This document shows, piece by piece, positions 1 to 9,283 of a stretch of 58,906 nucleotides of DNA. Location of the stretch: positions 1 through 58,906 of the forward strand of contig CAWEHT010000216.1 in assembly GCA_963808455.1 (NCBI GenBank), given 5' to 3'. A program made the position numbers and the translations under genes. Position 1 is the first letter of the stretch; every line of letters begins with the position of its first letter. Below the pieces are notes generated by a model. That model had not been told where the DNA came from and made no database searches. It saw only the letters and a program-made list of their open reading frames with translations. This stretch comes from an uncultured Chloroflexia bacterium (lineage in GTDB: Bacteria > Chloroflexota > Anaerolineae > CG2-30-64-16).

Positions 1-179
1 GAAGAGTGGGCAAAGAGCCAGAGCCGCAGTTCTCGCCGGGGACCGCGGGGCATATCTATTAGCAATGTCGAGTTCGCAGGGCTATTATCGTTACCGTATC
101 CCGCTTATGCCGCCCTTGTCGGCAGCGGCAGACCGCAGCGGTTCCTTGAGCCCTTGCGCTGGCTGCCGGGCGGGACGCC

Positions 180-605
180 TTGCTCGCCTGGGGCCAACTC
201 ATCCCTGAGCCCGAACAGGGGACCCGGGCGGTTTGCGGCGCCTGGACCTGGCAAGACGTCCTGGGCCACCTGGCGGATTGGGAGCAGTTCTGCGTGCAGG
301 GCCTGCGCGACATGGCGCAGCGCCGGCGCGGGGGCAGCGATTTTCCGGACGACATCGACGCCTGGAACCTGGAGCATGCGGCGCAGCGGCGCGGCGAACC
401 GCTGGAGAAAACCCGGCGCGACTTCCTCACGGCCCGCCAGGAGCTGCTCGAGTTCCTCAGCGGGTTCACGGATGAGGCGCTGGCCAGCCCCGCGCTGACC
501 GACGTCGAGGACTTCGACCACTATTACTTCTGGTTCAGCACCTGCTTCGGCCACGATTACGAACACCTGGCGGTATTGCAAGAGACGCTGGCCAGCGCGG
601 GCTGA
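180..605 (+). CDS. DinB/ClbS-like four-helix-bundle family protein; N-terminus probably lies in another frame
   Basis: 141-aa ORF (TTG start in the track) with ..CGAWTWQDVLGHLADWE.. and C-terminal ..GHDYEHL.., typical of DinB-like bundles. The frame stays open back to 150 (ALALAAGRDALLAW..). An ATG at 107 in a different frame could supply the start, which would imply an indel near 140-150. Confidence 0.45.
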   Translation: MLAWGQLIPEPEQGTRAVCGAWTWQDVLGHLADWEQFCVQGLRDMAQRRRGGSDFPDDIDAWNLEHAAQRRGEPLEKTRRDFLTARQELLEFLSGFTDEALASPALTDVEDFDHYYFWFSTCFGHDYEHLAVLQETLASAG

Positions 606-630
606 GGCGGGCCCGGACGCAGGCATCGAC

Positions 631-1041
631 GTGGCCGGCCCGGCATCGGAAGGCGGGCCAGGGGCCGGGGCGGGGGCCACGGGCAGGGCCATCAACCTGG
701 CGGAAAAGTTTGGCCTGTTCCAGGAGACCTGGCATCCCAAGATCATCGCCGAGCTCAACGGCCAGTACGTCAAGCTCGTCAGGCTGCGTGGGGAATTTGA
801 TTGGCATCACCACGAGGCCGAAGATGAGCTCTTCCTGGTAATCAAGGGGCGCATAGTGGTCAGGTTTCGCGATCACGATGCGGCGGTCGGCGAAGGCGAG
901 CTCATCGTGGTGCCTGCAGGCGTGGAACATCAGCCCGTAGCAGACGAGGAAGCGCTGGTCGTGCTCATCGAGCCGAAATCGACGCTCAACACGGGCAACG
1001 TGCGCAGCGCATTCACCCAGGAGCAGCTCGCCTGGATTTGA
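631..1041 (+). CDS. cupin domain protein
   Basis: 136-aa ORF with cupin barrel motifs GEFDWHHHEAEDELFLVIKGRIVV and GELIVVPAGVEHQP. The Gly/Ala-rich N-terminus makes the exact start uncertain. Confidence 0.6.
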   Translation: MAGPASEGGPGAGAGATGRAINLAEKFGLFQETWHPKIIAELNGQYVKLVRLRGEFDWHHHEAEDELFLVIKGRIVVRFRDHDAAVGEGELIVVPAGVEHQPVADEEALVVLIEPKSTLNTGNVRSAFTQEQLAWI

Positions 1042-1066
1042 GGTCGGCACGCGGCCAAAGCGAGCA

Positions 1067-1095
1067 TTGACTGTGGCCGCCAAGCGGGGTAAGAT
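1067..1095 (+). promoter_or_regulatory. sigma70-like promoter candidate upstream of rel
   Basis: TTGACT (1067-1072), 17-nt spacer, TAAGAT (1090-1095), about 135 nt upstream of the rel ORF start. Confidence 0.35.
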
Positions 1096-1230
1096 AGAGG
1101 TGGCAAAGTAGTTCTATGTGAGCGGTTGCGGGATCTTGTTGATATGCCAACCAGCGTACGGCCAGGTGGGCCGTCGTCAGGCACCGGCGGGCTCACCCGA
1201 CGGGTGAAGGTTGGCTGAGGGGTTAACAAA

Positions 1231-3447
1231 TTGGCAGTAGGTATCGCGCCGTTGTCTGTAGCCAATCGTGGTGCCTCTGTAACCTGGGAAAGCTTGCGCC
1301 AGCAACTTCCCAAGAGTTATACCGGCCAGGAAGTGGAAATCGTGGCGCGCGCCTATGCGCTGGCAGAAAAGGCCCATGGCGGCCAAAAGCGCAAGTCGGG
1401 CGAGCCGTACATCATCCACCCCCTGGCGGTGGCCAGCGTCCTCGCCGAGTTGCGCCTGGACTACCAGGCGGTCGCGGCGGCGTTGCTGCACGACGTAGCG
1501 GAGGACACCGACGTCCATATCCCTGATCTGGCCGAGGAGTTCGGCGCCGAGATCGCCAGCCTGGTCGATGGCGTGACCAAGCTGAAGGCGATCTCGGAGC
1601 TGGCCAACCTGCCCGATAGCCGTGACCCGAAGATCGAGAGCCTGCGCAAGCTCTTCCTGGCCATGTACAGCGACGTGCGCGTGGTGCTCATCAAGCTGGC
1701 CGACCGCCTGCACAACATGCGTACGATGAGCTATATGAGCCCGGAGCAGCAGCGCCGCATCTCGCGCGAGACCCTTGACATCTACGCGCCCCTTGCCAGC
1801 CTCTTGGGCATCGCCCAGATCAAATGGGAGCTGGAGGACCTGTCCTTTCGCTACCTCGAGCCCCAAATCTACGCGGAGATGAAGAAGCATCTCAACCAGC
1901 GCCGCGCCGAGCGCGAGGCCTATCTGGCCAGAATCACCGAGGTGCTGCAGGACGAGCTGGTTCGTCACAATATCCACGGCGAGATCACAGCCCGCCCCAA
2001 GCACATCTACAGCATCTGGCGCAAGATGGAAAAGAAGGGCGTGCCGTTCGACCAGATCTACGACCGGCAGGGGGTGCGCATCATCGTGCCGGAGCTCGCG
2101 GACTGCTACGCCGCGCTGGGTGTGGTGCATACGATGTGGCGGCCCATCCCCGGCGAGTTCGACGATTATGTCGCCAACCCCAAGGAGAACCAGTACCAGT
2201 CTCTCCACACGGCCGTCATCGGCCCCGAGGGCCAGCCGCTGGAGGTACAGATCCGCACGCCCGAGATGCACCGCATCGCCGAAATGGGCGTGGCCGCCCA
2301 CTGGCGCTACAAGACCCAGAGCCGGCACGACGAGGCGTATGAGCGCAAGATCGCCTGGCTGCGCTCGGTGATCGACTGGCAGACGCAGGAGAAGAGCGAC
2401 GGCGGAGAATTCCTGGACACGGTGCGCGAGGACTTGTTCAAAGACCGCGTTTACGTGTTCACGCCGCGCGGGGAGATCATCGACCTGCCGGCCGGCTCGA
2501 CGCCGATAGACTTCGCCTATCGGGTGCACACCGAGATCGGCCACCGCTGCCGCGGCGCCCGCGTCAACAACCGCCTGGTCAATCTCGACTACCAGCTGCA
2601 CCACGGCGACCAGGTCGAGATCATCACGGCAAAGCGCGGTGGCCCCAGCCGTGACTGGCTCAACCCGCACCTGGGCTATCTCAAGACCTCGCGGGCCCGC
2701 ACCAAGATCCGCCAGTGGTTCAGGCAGCAAGATCGGGATGAGAACATCGCCGCCGGCCGAGATATCTTGCAGAGCGAGCTCGAGCGCCTCGGCATGGAGA
2801 CGCTAACTTACGAAGAGGTCGCCCGGTTCTTCGGCCTCGACAAGGTTGACGATCTGCTCGAGAAGATCGGCTGCGGCGACATCAACACGGTGGCGATTGC
2901 AACCAAGGTCCTCGAGATCGGCCGCCCGGAAGAGCCGCCGAAAACGCTGGCCGAAGAGCAGATCGCGACGGTGGAGAAGCCCCAGAAGCCGGCCGTGCCG
3001 CTGGAAGGCATCGCCGTGCAAGGTGTGGGCAACCTGCTCACCACCCTCTCGCGCTGCTGCAATCCCATGCCACCCGATGACATCATCGGCTTTGTCACGC
3101 GCGGGCGCGGCGTCACCGTGCACCGCCGGGACTGCCCGAACTTGCTCGCAACCAAAGATACCGAACGCCTGATCGAAGTGGATTGGGGCGAGGCGGCTCC
3201 GACCGCCTCACGCGTGAAGATCCGGGTCCAGGCTTACGATCGGGCCGGCCTGCTGGCCGACATCACGCAGGTGATCAACGAAGAGAAGATTTATCTGGAG
3301 GACGCTTCAGCGGTCACTGCGCGCCAGGACAACCTGGCGATCATCACGGCCACCCTCGAAGTGCGCAATGCGGAGCAGCTGAGCCGCATCCTCTCACGCA
3401 TCGATCGGCTGCCCAACGTCGTATCGGTGAAACGCCAGAACGGCTAG
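1231..3447 (+). CDS. relA: bifunctional (p)ppGpp synthetase/hydrolase, RelA/SpoT family
   Basis: Uninterrupted 738-aa ORF. HD hydrolase region (HGGQKRKSGEPYIIHPLAVASVL, HDVAEDT), synthetase region (YQSLHTAVIGPEG..EVQIRTPEMH), TGS-like (VYVFTPRGEIIDLPAGSTPIDFAY) and a C-terminal ACT-like domain. The TTG start at 1231 is uncertain. Confidence 0.95.
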   Translation: MAVGIAPLSVANRGASVTWESLRQQLPKSYTGQEVEIVARAYALAEKAHGGQKRKSGEPYIIHPLAVASVLAELRLDYQAVAAALLHDVAEDTDVHIPDLAEEFGAEIASLVDGVTKLKAISELANLPDSRDPKIESLRKLFLAMYSDVRVVLIKLADRLHNMRTMSYMSPEQQRRISRETLDIYAPLASLLGIAQIKWELEDLSFRYLEPQIYAEMKKHLNQRRAEREAYLARITEVLQDELVRHNIHGEITARPKHIYSIWRKMEKKGVPFDQIYDRQGVRIIVPELADCYAALGVVHTMWRPIPGEFDDYVANPKENQYQSLHTAVIGPEGQPLEVQIRTPEMHRIAEMGVAAHWRYKTQSRHDEAYERKIAWLRSVIDWQTQEKSDGGEFLDTVREDLFKDRVYVFTPRGEIIDLPAGSTPIDFAYRVHTEIGHRCRGARVNNRLVNLDYQLHHGDQVEIITAKRGGPSRDWLNPHLGYLKTSRARTKIRQWFRQQDRDENIAAGRDILQSELERLGMETLTYEEVARFFGLDKVDDLLEKIGCGDINTVAIATKVLEIGRPEEPPKTLAEEQIATVEKPQKPAVPLEGIAVQGVGNLLTTLSRCCNPMPPDDIIGFVTRGRGVTVHRRDCPNLLATKDTERLIEVDWGEAAPTASRVKIRVQAYDRAGLLADITQVINEEKIYLEDASAVTARQDNLAIITATLEVRNAEQLSRILSRIDRLPNVVSVKRQNG

Positions 3448-3458
3448 ACCGTTCTGGC
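3432..3458 (+). terminator. hairpin overlapping the rel stop codon
   Basis: CGCCAGAACGG-ctaga-CCGTTCTGGCG, an 11-bp stem spanning the TAG at 3445-3447. Confidence 0.4.
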
Positions 3459-3477
3459 GTGGGCCTGCACAACATTT

Positions 3478-3518
3478 GTGGGGCTCTCAGGGCGGCTTCG
3501 CCGCCCTGAGAGCCCCAC
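3478..3518. terminator. long perfect hairpin between convergent rel and PPIase genes (bidirectional terminator candidate)
   Basis: GTGGGGCTCTCAGGGCGGC-ttc-GCCGCCCTGAGAGCCCCAC, 19-bp arms, located between the two convergent stop codons. Confidence 0.55.
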
Positions 3519-3634
3519 TGGCTGCCAGAGTCAAGGCCCATGGGCCGGCAGCTTGCCCAAGGCTGCTGGGGCCGGCCTGGCGCCTGACCCCAGCGTGGGC
3601 ACGTGCCCCTGCCCGTGGCCGGGCAGGCCCCATG

Positions 3635-4945
3635 CTATTGGGTTGTCGCCGCCTGAGGCGTAGGAGGTATCATGTCCGCCGTCCAGGAGCTGACGATCTT
3701 GGCCGCGCTGCGCTGCTGGCTCAGCCAATCCTGCCAGGCAGTCAACTGGTTTTGTTGCAGCGTGTTGGCGTCGAGAGTGTGCTGCGGGTCTTTCGCGAGC
3801 ACCTGGATGATGTGGTAGCCGTATTGCGTCTTCACCGGCGCGGTGATGGTGCCGACCGTGGCGCTGAAAGCGGCGGTCTCGAACTCGGTCACCATCTCGC
3901 CTCTGGCAAACCAGCCCAGGTCGCCGCCGTTCTGGGCGCTGCCCGTATCATCGGAATACTGCTTGGCCAGCGCTGCGAAGTCGCCACCCACCTTTAGCTT
4001 TTGCTCGACCATCTGCGCCCGAGCCAGGGCCTGGGCATCGTCGCGCGGCGCCTGGGTCGGCACCGGCGTCGGGCCGCCGGGCGTAGGCTGCGGCGTAGGC
4101 GTGTAGGTCGGCTGGCCTGTCGGGGCCGGTGCCTCCGTAGGCGCCGGCGTGATGACGCTGACCAGGATATGCCGGGCGTGCACCTCCTCACCCTTGGTCG
4201 GCACGCTGGCGATAATCTGGTCGTACAGCTTCTGCTGGTACAGGTCGGTCTCCACCATCTTGCGGAAGTCGGCCTCTGTCATGCCCGTTTGCTGCTGCAG
4301 TGTGGTCAGGTACTGCTTATACATGCTCTGATAGGACTGCAGGCTTACCGGTGTCGCGGTCGGTGCCGGCGTCGCCGCGGGTGCCACAGTCGGGCTCGGC
4401 GTCCCCGGGCCGCCCGTCGGCATGGGGGTGTCTGTGGGCGTCGGCGTCGGCGACTCGGATGGCGTGGGAGTGGGCGTCGGCGGAGTGCTGTAGTAGCCGA
4501 AGTTGTGCTGGATGGCCTGGTCAACGTCGCTCTGCGACACCGTGATGGCGCGCTGATGAGCCTGGGCGAGGATCAACTGTTGGTCCTCCATCTGGCTCAG
4601 CACCTGTTGCCCATCCTGCAGCGGGTTCTGCCCGGCCTGGCCTCCCTGCTGCATTTCCTGCATCCAGTAGAGCTTCACCGCCTTGGCGTAGTCCTGGACT
4701 GTGATGTCCGAGCCGTTGACCGACGCCACCGGCGCACCGGATTTGGTCCAGACATGGAGACCGTTGGCAGTGGAAACGGTCAGGACGGTCGAAAGCACGG
4801 CCAGGATCAGCAAGACGAGCACCAGGCCCGCGGCCGCGCCCAGACCGATCAGGAGCCTTCGGGTTCGCTCGGCGTCGCGGCGCCGCCGCGCGTGCTCCTT
4901 GCGGGTGACTCCCTGTTCTTCCTTCTTTTGCTTTTGCTTCGCCAT
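3635..4945 (-). CDS. membrane-anchored parvulin-type peptidyl-prolyl isomerase (PrsA/SurA-like) with two Pro/Thr-rich linkers
   Basis: 436-aa ORF. N-terminal basic segment plus TM helix ([21 protein letters not shown]). Parvulin signature HARHILV .. [17 protein letters not shown] .. [10 protein letters not shown]-rich tracts lie around residues 155-200 and 255-295. Confidence 0.85.
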   Translation of the reverse strand: MAKQKQKKEEQGVTRKEHARRRRDAERTRRLLIGLGAAAGLVLVLLILAVLSTVLTVSTANGLHVWTKSGAPVASVNGSDITVQDYAKAVKLYWMQEMQQGGQAGQNPLQDGQQVLSQMEDQQLILAQAHQRAITVSQSDVDQAIQHNFGYYSTPPTPTPTPSESPTPTPTDTPMPTGGPGTPSPTVAPAATPAPTATPVSLQSYQSMYKQYLTTLQQQTGMTEADFRKMVETDLYQQKLYDQIIASVPTKGEEVHARHILVSVITPAPTEAPAPTGQPTYTPTPQPTPGGPTPVPTQAPRDDAQALARAQMVEQKLKVGGDFAALAKQYSDDTGSAQNGGDLGWFARGEMVTEFETAAFSATVGTITAPVKTQYGYHIIQVLAKDPQHTLDANTLQQNQLTAWQDWLSQQRSAAKIVSSWTADMIPPTPQAATTQ

Positions 4946-4972
4946 CGAGATTCCTTATCGGCTGCTGGCTCG

Positions 4973-5318
4973 CTACAGATTCGCTCTGCGGATGTGTTCC
5001 GCCGTGTATGGCAGCAGGGCCAGGTGCCGGGCGCGCTTGATTGCGGTGGTCAGGCGCCGTTGATGGCGCGTGGCAGGTGCCCGTGCGCCGCCTCGACTCG
5101 ATTTGCGCCTGGTCGGACAGAAACCGGCGCAGCAAGCCCACGTCTTTGTAGTCGATCCTCTCGATCTTATCGGCGCAGAATGCGCAGATCCGGCGCCGCT
5201 GGAATCTTCCACCGCGACCGCCGGGGCCACGTTCGGGCCGGTCTGGCCGTTCCGGGCGTTCGGGCCGGTCGCTACGCTCTGGGCCCCGCGGGGCGCCGTT
5301 GGTGGGTTCATCTACCAT
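4973..5318 (-). CDS. rpsR: 30S ribosomal protein S18, frame broken by a 1-nt indel near 5072-5075
   Basis: ..[40 protein letters not shown] is in the frame of ORF 4521..5318. The motif continues as [32 protein letters not shown] in the frame of ORF 4973..5311. It sits 18 nt downstream of ssb. Confidence 0.85.
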
Positions 5319-5336
5319 GTTGCATTGCTCCCGTTC

Positions 5337-5720
5337 TCAGAACTGCATCTCCTCGTCGAAGTCCATCTCTTCGGGCTCGGCGCCAGGCCGGCCATCGAGG
5401 AATACCATCTCGTTTGCCACCACCTCGGTGCGAGAGTGGCGTTGGCCATCCGTGTCGTCCCAACTCCGGGTCTGCAGCCGGCCTTCGATATACACGCGTG
5501 AGTTCTTACGCAAGTACTGGTTGCAGACCTCGGCCAGGTTGCCCCACGCAACCACGTTGAACCATTCCGTGGCATCTCGTCGCTCGCCGCTGCTGGTGGT
5601 CCAGCCCCGGCTGACCTGCACACTGAAGGAAGTCACGGGCTTGCCGCTTGGTGTGTAGCGCATTTCCGGGTCACGCCCCAGATTGCCGATGATCAAGACC
5701 TTGTTCAAGCCCCTCGCCAT
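5337..5720 (-). CDS. ssb: single-stranded DNA-binding protein
   Basis: MARGLNKVLIIGNLGRDPEMRYTPSGKPVTSF..WFNVVAWGNLAE..VYIEGRLQTRSW.. with acidic tail DFDEEMQF. ATG at 5718-5720, internal to track ORF 5337..5753. Confidence 0.9.
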   Translation of the reverse strand: MARGLNKVLIIGNLGRDPEMRYTPSGKPVTSFSVQVSRGWTTSSGERRDATEWFNVVAWGNLAEVCNQYLRKNSRVYIEGRLQTRSWDDTDGQRHSRTEVVANEMVFLDGRPGAEPEEMDFDEEMQF

Positions 5721-5811
5721 GGCCCGTTCCTCCTCACATCGAGCCCACCGCAACCCTGCAGATCACAAGATCGCTGCAGGGAATCCGTCTAGCTCGCCTG
5801 CCGAGGCATCA

Positions 5812-6111
5812 TCATTCGTCTGGGCGCACGACCAAATGGCGGAGGATGTTCTCCTCGAGGCGCAGGCTGCGCTCCAGCTCCCGGCTGGCGCTCGGGACGA
5901 GCTGAAAGTCGAATTGCACGTAGATGCCGGCAGTGTGCTTGCCGATGGCATACGCCAGCTGGCGGCGCCCCCAGACGTTCGTGTTGGACACCGTGCCGCC
6001 ACCTGCGCCGATCCATCCGGCGATGCGTTGGTTGAGGGCCGTCAATGCCTCGTCGTCCAAGGTCGCGTTGGCCACGACAACCAGTTCGTAATTGCGCGTT
6101 GGTTGAGTCAT
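5812..6111 (-). CDS. rpsF: 30S ribosomal protein S6
   Basis: 99-aa ORF with YELVVVANATL.., ..VWGRRQLAYAI.., ..RHLVV... It is first in the classic rpsF-ssb-rpsR order. Confidence 0.9.
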   Translation of the reverse strand: MTQPTRNYELVVVANATLDDEALTALNQRIAGWIGAGGGTVSNTNVWGRRQLAYAIGKHTAGIYVQFDFQLVPSASRELERSLRLEENILRHLVVRPDE

Positions 6112-6283
6112 ACCGCGCTACTACCTCCTTTCCACGGAAATTGCCCGCCTAGCGGGATTGCCGCCGATCTGCAGGACTGGCATCCTGAGTCGGGGGCAGA
6201 AAGAGCGAGGGGGCATGCCCCCTCGCGCGGCAAATCCAATATAGCACAGCTTTGGCCCCATGGCAATCCGCGCCATCCGTTTT

Positions 6284-6312
6284 TTGCAATGTGCCGGGAG
6301 TTGGGCTATACT
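6284..6312 (+). promoter_or_regulatory. sigma70-like promoter of tRNA-Pro
   Basis: TTGCAA (6284-6289), 17-nt spacer, TATACT (6307-6312). The tRNA 5' end lies 12 nt downstream. Confidence 0.5.
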
Positions 6313-6323
6313 GGGCTGGAGTT

Positions 6324-6399
<76 letters not shown>

Positions 6400-6406
6400 T
6401 TTTGCC

Positions 6407-6457
6407 AACCGGAGCCCCATACGGCCGCCGAAATATCGGCCGTATGGGGCCCCGGTT
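6407..6457 (+). terminator. strong hairpin immediately after tRNA-Pro
   Basis: GCCCCATACGGCCG (6414-6427) / CGGCCGTATGGGGC (6437-6450), a 14-bp stem extended by AACCGG/CCGGTT. Confidence 0.5.
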
Positions 6458-6581
6458 GCTTAAACCGACCTACTCGAGATGAACCGCCCACCTCATGGCT
6501 CGTTCTCCTGTCTCCAGCCAGCGACGGCCCTTTTTCGTTACCGGAACTGATTTGGTCGTTACCGGAACTGAATCTTCTGAA

Positions 6582-7830
6582 CTCACTACCGTACAGAACA
6601 TGGGTTCGATAATAGGTGACATCAACTTTGGCCTCACAGGGGCCGCTGGTACAGTCGGAAGTCAACGGGCACCGGCATGCCCTCGTTGAGGCAGTATTCC
6701 AAGAAGGCCAGGCCCAGTTGAAACAGGCTCAAATCGCAGCGATCCGTCCGATGGATGACCTTCTGCCAACCCTCAAGCTGGCACAGGGTGCCCAGGTAGA
6801 CCATCCAGATGTAGGCCAAGCAGGCCGCGATCAACAACCGCGCCAGCCGTTGCGGGTCGCTGATATGGCTCTGGTGCACATGAAAGCCGCGACTTTTCTG
6901 GTCCGAGAAGAAAGTTTCGATACGCATGCGCCGCCGATACCAGCGGCAAGCTTCGGCGGCCAACTCCAGGTTCGTCACCAGATAGATGGGTTCGGCGCAG
7001 CGCCGGTCCCACCAGAGAATGACCAGCACCGGGCCGTAGCCGCGCTGCGTGAACAGCACCTCCTCGAGCGGCAGGCAACTGCCTGGCCAGACGTCGATCT
7101 CAGCCAGGGCTTGCCACGTACCCTCGAGATAGACCTGGGTGCTCTTGGCCGTGCGGCAGACGTAGTCCCAACCGGCCTGTGTCACAAAGGTCTGCAAGGC
7201 GACACCATCGAACTCGCCATCGCCCAACACGACCACCAAGGCGTCTGCCGGCAGCAGCTCCTGGAGTTGGCCCAACAGATCCACATGCGTCTGGGACGGA
7301 AATTGGCCCTTACAGCCCTCGATCACCACCCAGAGCAAGGGAATCGCCCGGTGCTGGTAAATCAGGCTCACCATCAGCGCCAGGCAGTGGCGGCCGGCTT
7401 CGCTGCCGTCAATGGCAATGGCCAGGGTGCGGTCCGCCAAGCCGGCCAGCAACGTCTCGACGAACGGCAGCATGTGCCGGGTATAAGTAACCTGCTCATT
7501 CTCGTACCAGCGGGTCAGCTGCTTTTCGCGGCTGGTGACTTTGGCGCCCGTGGGCGTCTTCTCGGCGACCGAGCGGGCGTGGGTGCTCTTACTGGCGACG
7601 ATGCCGTTGATGAACATGGCCAAGACCTGCAGTGATTGCAGCGCATGCCCGGTAGGGGCGTGCGGGTACAGTTGTAGTAGCGCCTGCTTGATGGCATGAT
7701 AGCGCTTGAGGTTGTCGCCCACGGTAGGCTCCTGGATCTTTTATCACAGACCCAAGATTACCAGTGCGACGACCTCTTGACTATGACGAATTCAATCTTG
7801 ACGCGAACATACTTTCTGTACGGTAGTGAG
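6582..7830 (-). mobile_element. IS4-family insertion sequence (complete ends)
   Basis: 17-bp perfect terminal inverted repeats CTCACTACCGTACAGAA (6582-6598) and TTCTGTACGGTAGTGAG (7814-7830) bracket one transposase gene. No flanking direct repeat was detected. Confidence 0.8.
6634..7722 (-). CDS. IS4-family DDE transposase
   Basis: 362-aa ORF with DDE region (..AIAIDGSE.., ..VVVLGDGEFDG..) and the Y-2-R-3-E-6-K signature YRRRMRIETFFSDQK. Confidence 0.85.
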   Translation of the reverse strand: MGDNLKRYHAIKQALLQLYPHAPTGHALQSLQVLAMFINGIVASKSTHARSVAEKTPTGAKVTSREKQLTRWYENEQVTYTRHMLPFVETLLAGLADRTLAIAIDGSEAGRHCLALMVSLIYQHRAIPLLWVVIEGCKGQFPSQTHVDLLGQLQELLPADALVVVLGDGEFDGVALQTFVTQAGWDYVCRTAKSTQVYLEGTWQALAEIDVWPGSCLPLEEVLFTQRGYGPVLVILWWDRRCAEPIYLVTNLELAAEACRWYRRRMRIETFFSDQKSRGFHVHQSHISDPQRLARLLIAACLAYIWMVYLGTLCQLEGWQKVIHRTDRCDLSLFQLGLAFLEYCLNEGMPVPVDFRLYQRPL

Positions 7831-8081
7831 ACCAGGATCTGAAACCGCCCATCCAGCAAGTTGAAGACGGGCCTCCAATACACGCCCGTGCTCTCGAAGG
7901 CGACCTGTGTAACGCCCAGCTCGCCCAACCACCTGGCCAACGCTTCCAAATCGTCGCTCATTGTAGAAAATGTGCGTGTGTCCTTGACCGGTTGACCATC
8001 GGGTCCGGGTACGATGGCGCAGGCCACCACGGTCTGCTTATGCACATCGATACCACAACATCGCTCATACACCACCTGCAT
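7831..8081 (-). pseudogene. IS110-family transposase, N-terminal fragment truncated by the IS4 insertion
   Basis: MQVVYERCCGIDVHKQTVVACA..FESTGVYWRPVFNLLDGRFQILV stops exactly at the IS4 right inverted repeat (7830/7831). The remainder of the gene is not found left of the IS4 element. Confidence 0.7.
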
Positions 8082-8394
8082 GGCTCACCTCACCGGCTGT
8101 GGAATCGCCCCGGCCGAGCGCCCGATGTCAAAGATTCTCTGCTTCGTGCTCCCCTGGACGTGGGCAACAGTCAACGGCGCCTGCGGGCACCTGAGCCAAA
8201 CTACTGAACGGATTCACGACGCCAGAGCCAATCCGACCTTGTGCCGGAGCGTTCTTCTGATTGTACACGCCCCATTTTCATCTCTCAACGGTGAGCCGTG
8301 GCTCATGAACAACAACTACTACTGAGATGAGATTTGTAACAACACATCGAAGAGCCGACCATGAGTGAGCGACATGGCCTCATCCCTACCGACG

Positions 8395-8430
8395 CGGGTC
8401 TCGCTCAAGCCTGAACCTGGGCGAGACCCG
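8395..8430 (-). terminator. hairpin downstream of the PRiA4_ORF3-like gene
   Basis: CGGGTCTCGC (8395-8404) / GCGAGACCCG (8421-8430), a 10-bp stem with 16-nt loop, 11 nt past the stop at 8441. No U-tract. Confidence 0.3.
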
Positions 8431-8440
8431 GGAGCCACGG

Positions 8441-9220
8441 TCAAGCATCTTCACCGCCCACGAAGTCCCAATCCAGACCCGCCTCGTCGCCCTCCTCCCA
8501 CTCCTCGTCGCCGTCTGCGGGGCCGTACTGGGGTGGCATCGTTCCGTGCCGTTCCACGATCCGCCACGATCCCGACGGCCCGTCCGCCGGCCCCGCGCCG
8601 ATCAACTGGACCTCAAACCTGTGCTCATCGCCGAAGTCAAAAATGTACAGGAACCGTTGCTTGAGCCGGAGCGGTAGCTCCCTGACCCTGGTCCGGCTGG
8701 AATGGCGTGACTCCCGGGTGCTGTATTCCGTTTCTTGATCCCAGGCCCGGCTGCTCAGATAGAAGGAATACATGTGGTCGTTGTCAAACTCAGCCGCAGC
8801 CTGTATCGCGCGATGCAGGTCGTTCAGGGTCTGATCGCTCGGCATCTCGACCAGGAACCAGACGTCGTCCGCAAGCAGATACGTAACCTTGAAAAGGTAG
8901 ATGCGGGCATCGGCCAGCGGATCGGGCGCTGGTGGCAGAACGATCAGGGGCTGGCCCCGAGCCTCCGAGAGTGCGGGATCCTGCCGGATTGCATCCAAAG
9001 CCTGCGCCGAACACGCGCTTTCCAAGTTGCGGATGGCGTGTATGTCGGCACCGAAACCGCGGATCGAGGCGCGGGCTGGCCCCAAGAGCGTCTTGATCTC
9101 GGCCAGGGCAGTGTCCATCTCGGTTGGGTGAATTACACCCAGCCGCGCCAGAAACCCCAGGTACACCGGCAGCAGCTCTATCAGCGCACAGACCGGATAG
9201 GGCTCCGAACTGCCGAGCAT
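8441..9220 (-). CDS. plasmid pRiA4b ORF-3-like (PRiA4_ORF3) domain protein
   Basis: 259-aa ORF. The C-terminal half fits the PF07929 pattern from memory: ARIYLFKVTY.., LNDLHRAIQAAAEFDNDHMYSF, FLYIFDFGDEHRFEVQLIG. Confidence 0.6.
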   Translation of the reverse strand: MLGSSEPYPVCALIELLPVYLGFLARLGVIHPTEMDTALAEIKTLLGPARASIRGFGADIHAIRNLESACSAQALDAIRQDPALSEARGQPLIVLPPAPDPLADARIYLFKVTYLLADDVWFLVEMPSDQTLNDLHRAIQAAAEFDNDHMYSFYLSSRAWDQETEYSTRESRHSSRTRVRELPLRLKQRFLYIFDFGDEHRFEVQLIGAGPADGPSGSWRIVERHGTMPPQYGPADGDEEWEEGDEAGLDWDFVGGEDA

Positions 9221-9283
9221 GTCGAACCTGGTTGTCAGGTTGTGGTCAAGCGCTTGACGATCGGGGACGAGCGGCAGCGCCGG

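Noticed and set aside
1177-2730. Very long antisense or overlapping ORFs. Examples: 1177..2730(-) 517 aa opposite rel, 4001..5560(+) 519 aa, 20275..21666(-) 463 aa opposite the IS701 transposase, 27733..28623(-), 36879..37856(+) opposite ftsH, 51840..52808(-).
   Set aside because: Their products are Arg/Ala/Gly/Pro-rich and low in complexity, with no recognisable motifs. Each lies opposite a gene with strong family signatures. This is the typical open-frame artefact of GC-rich DNA.
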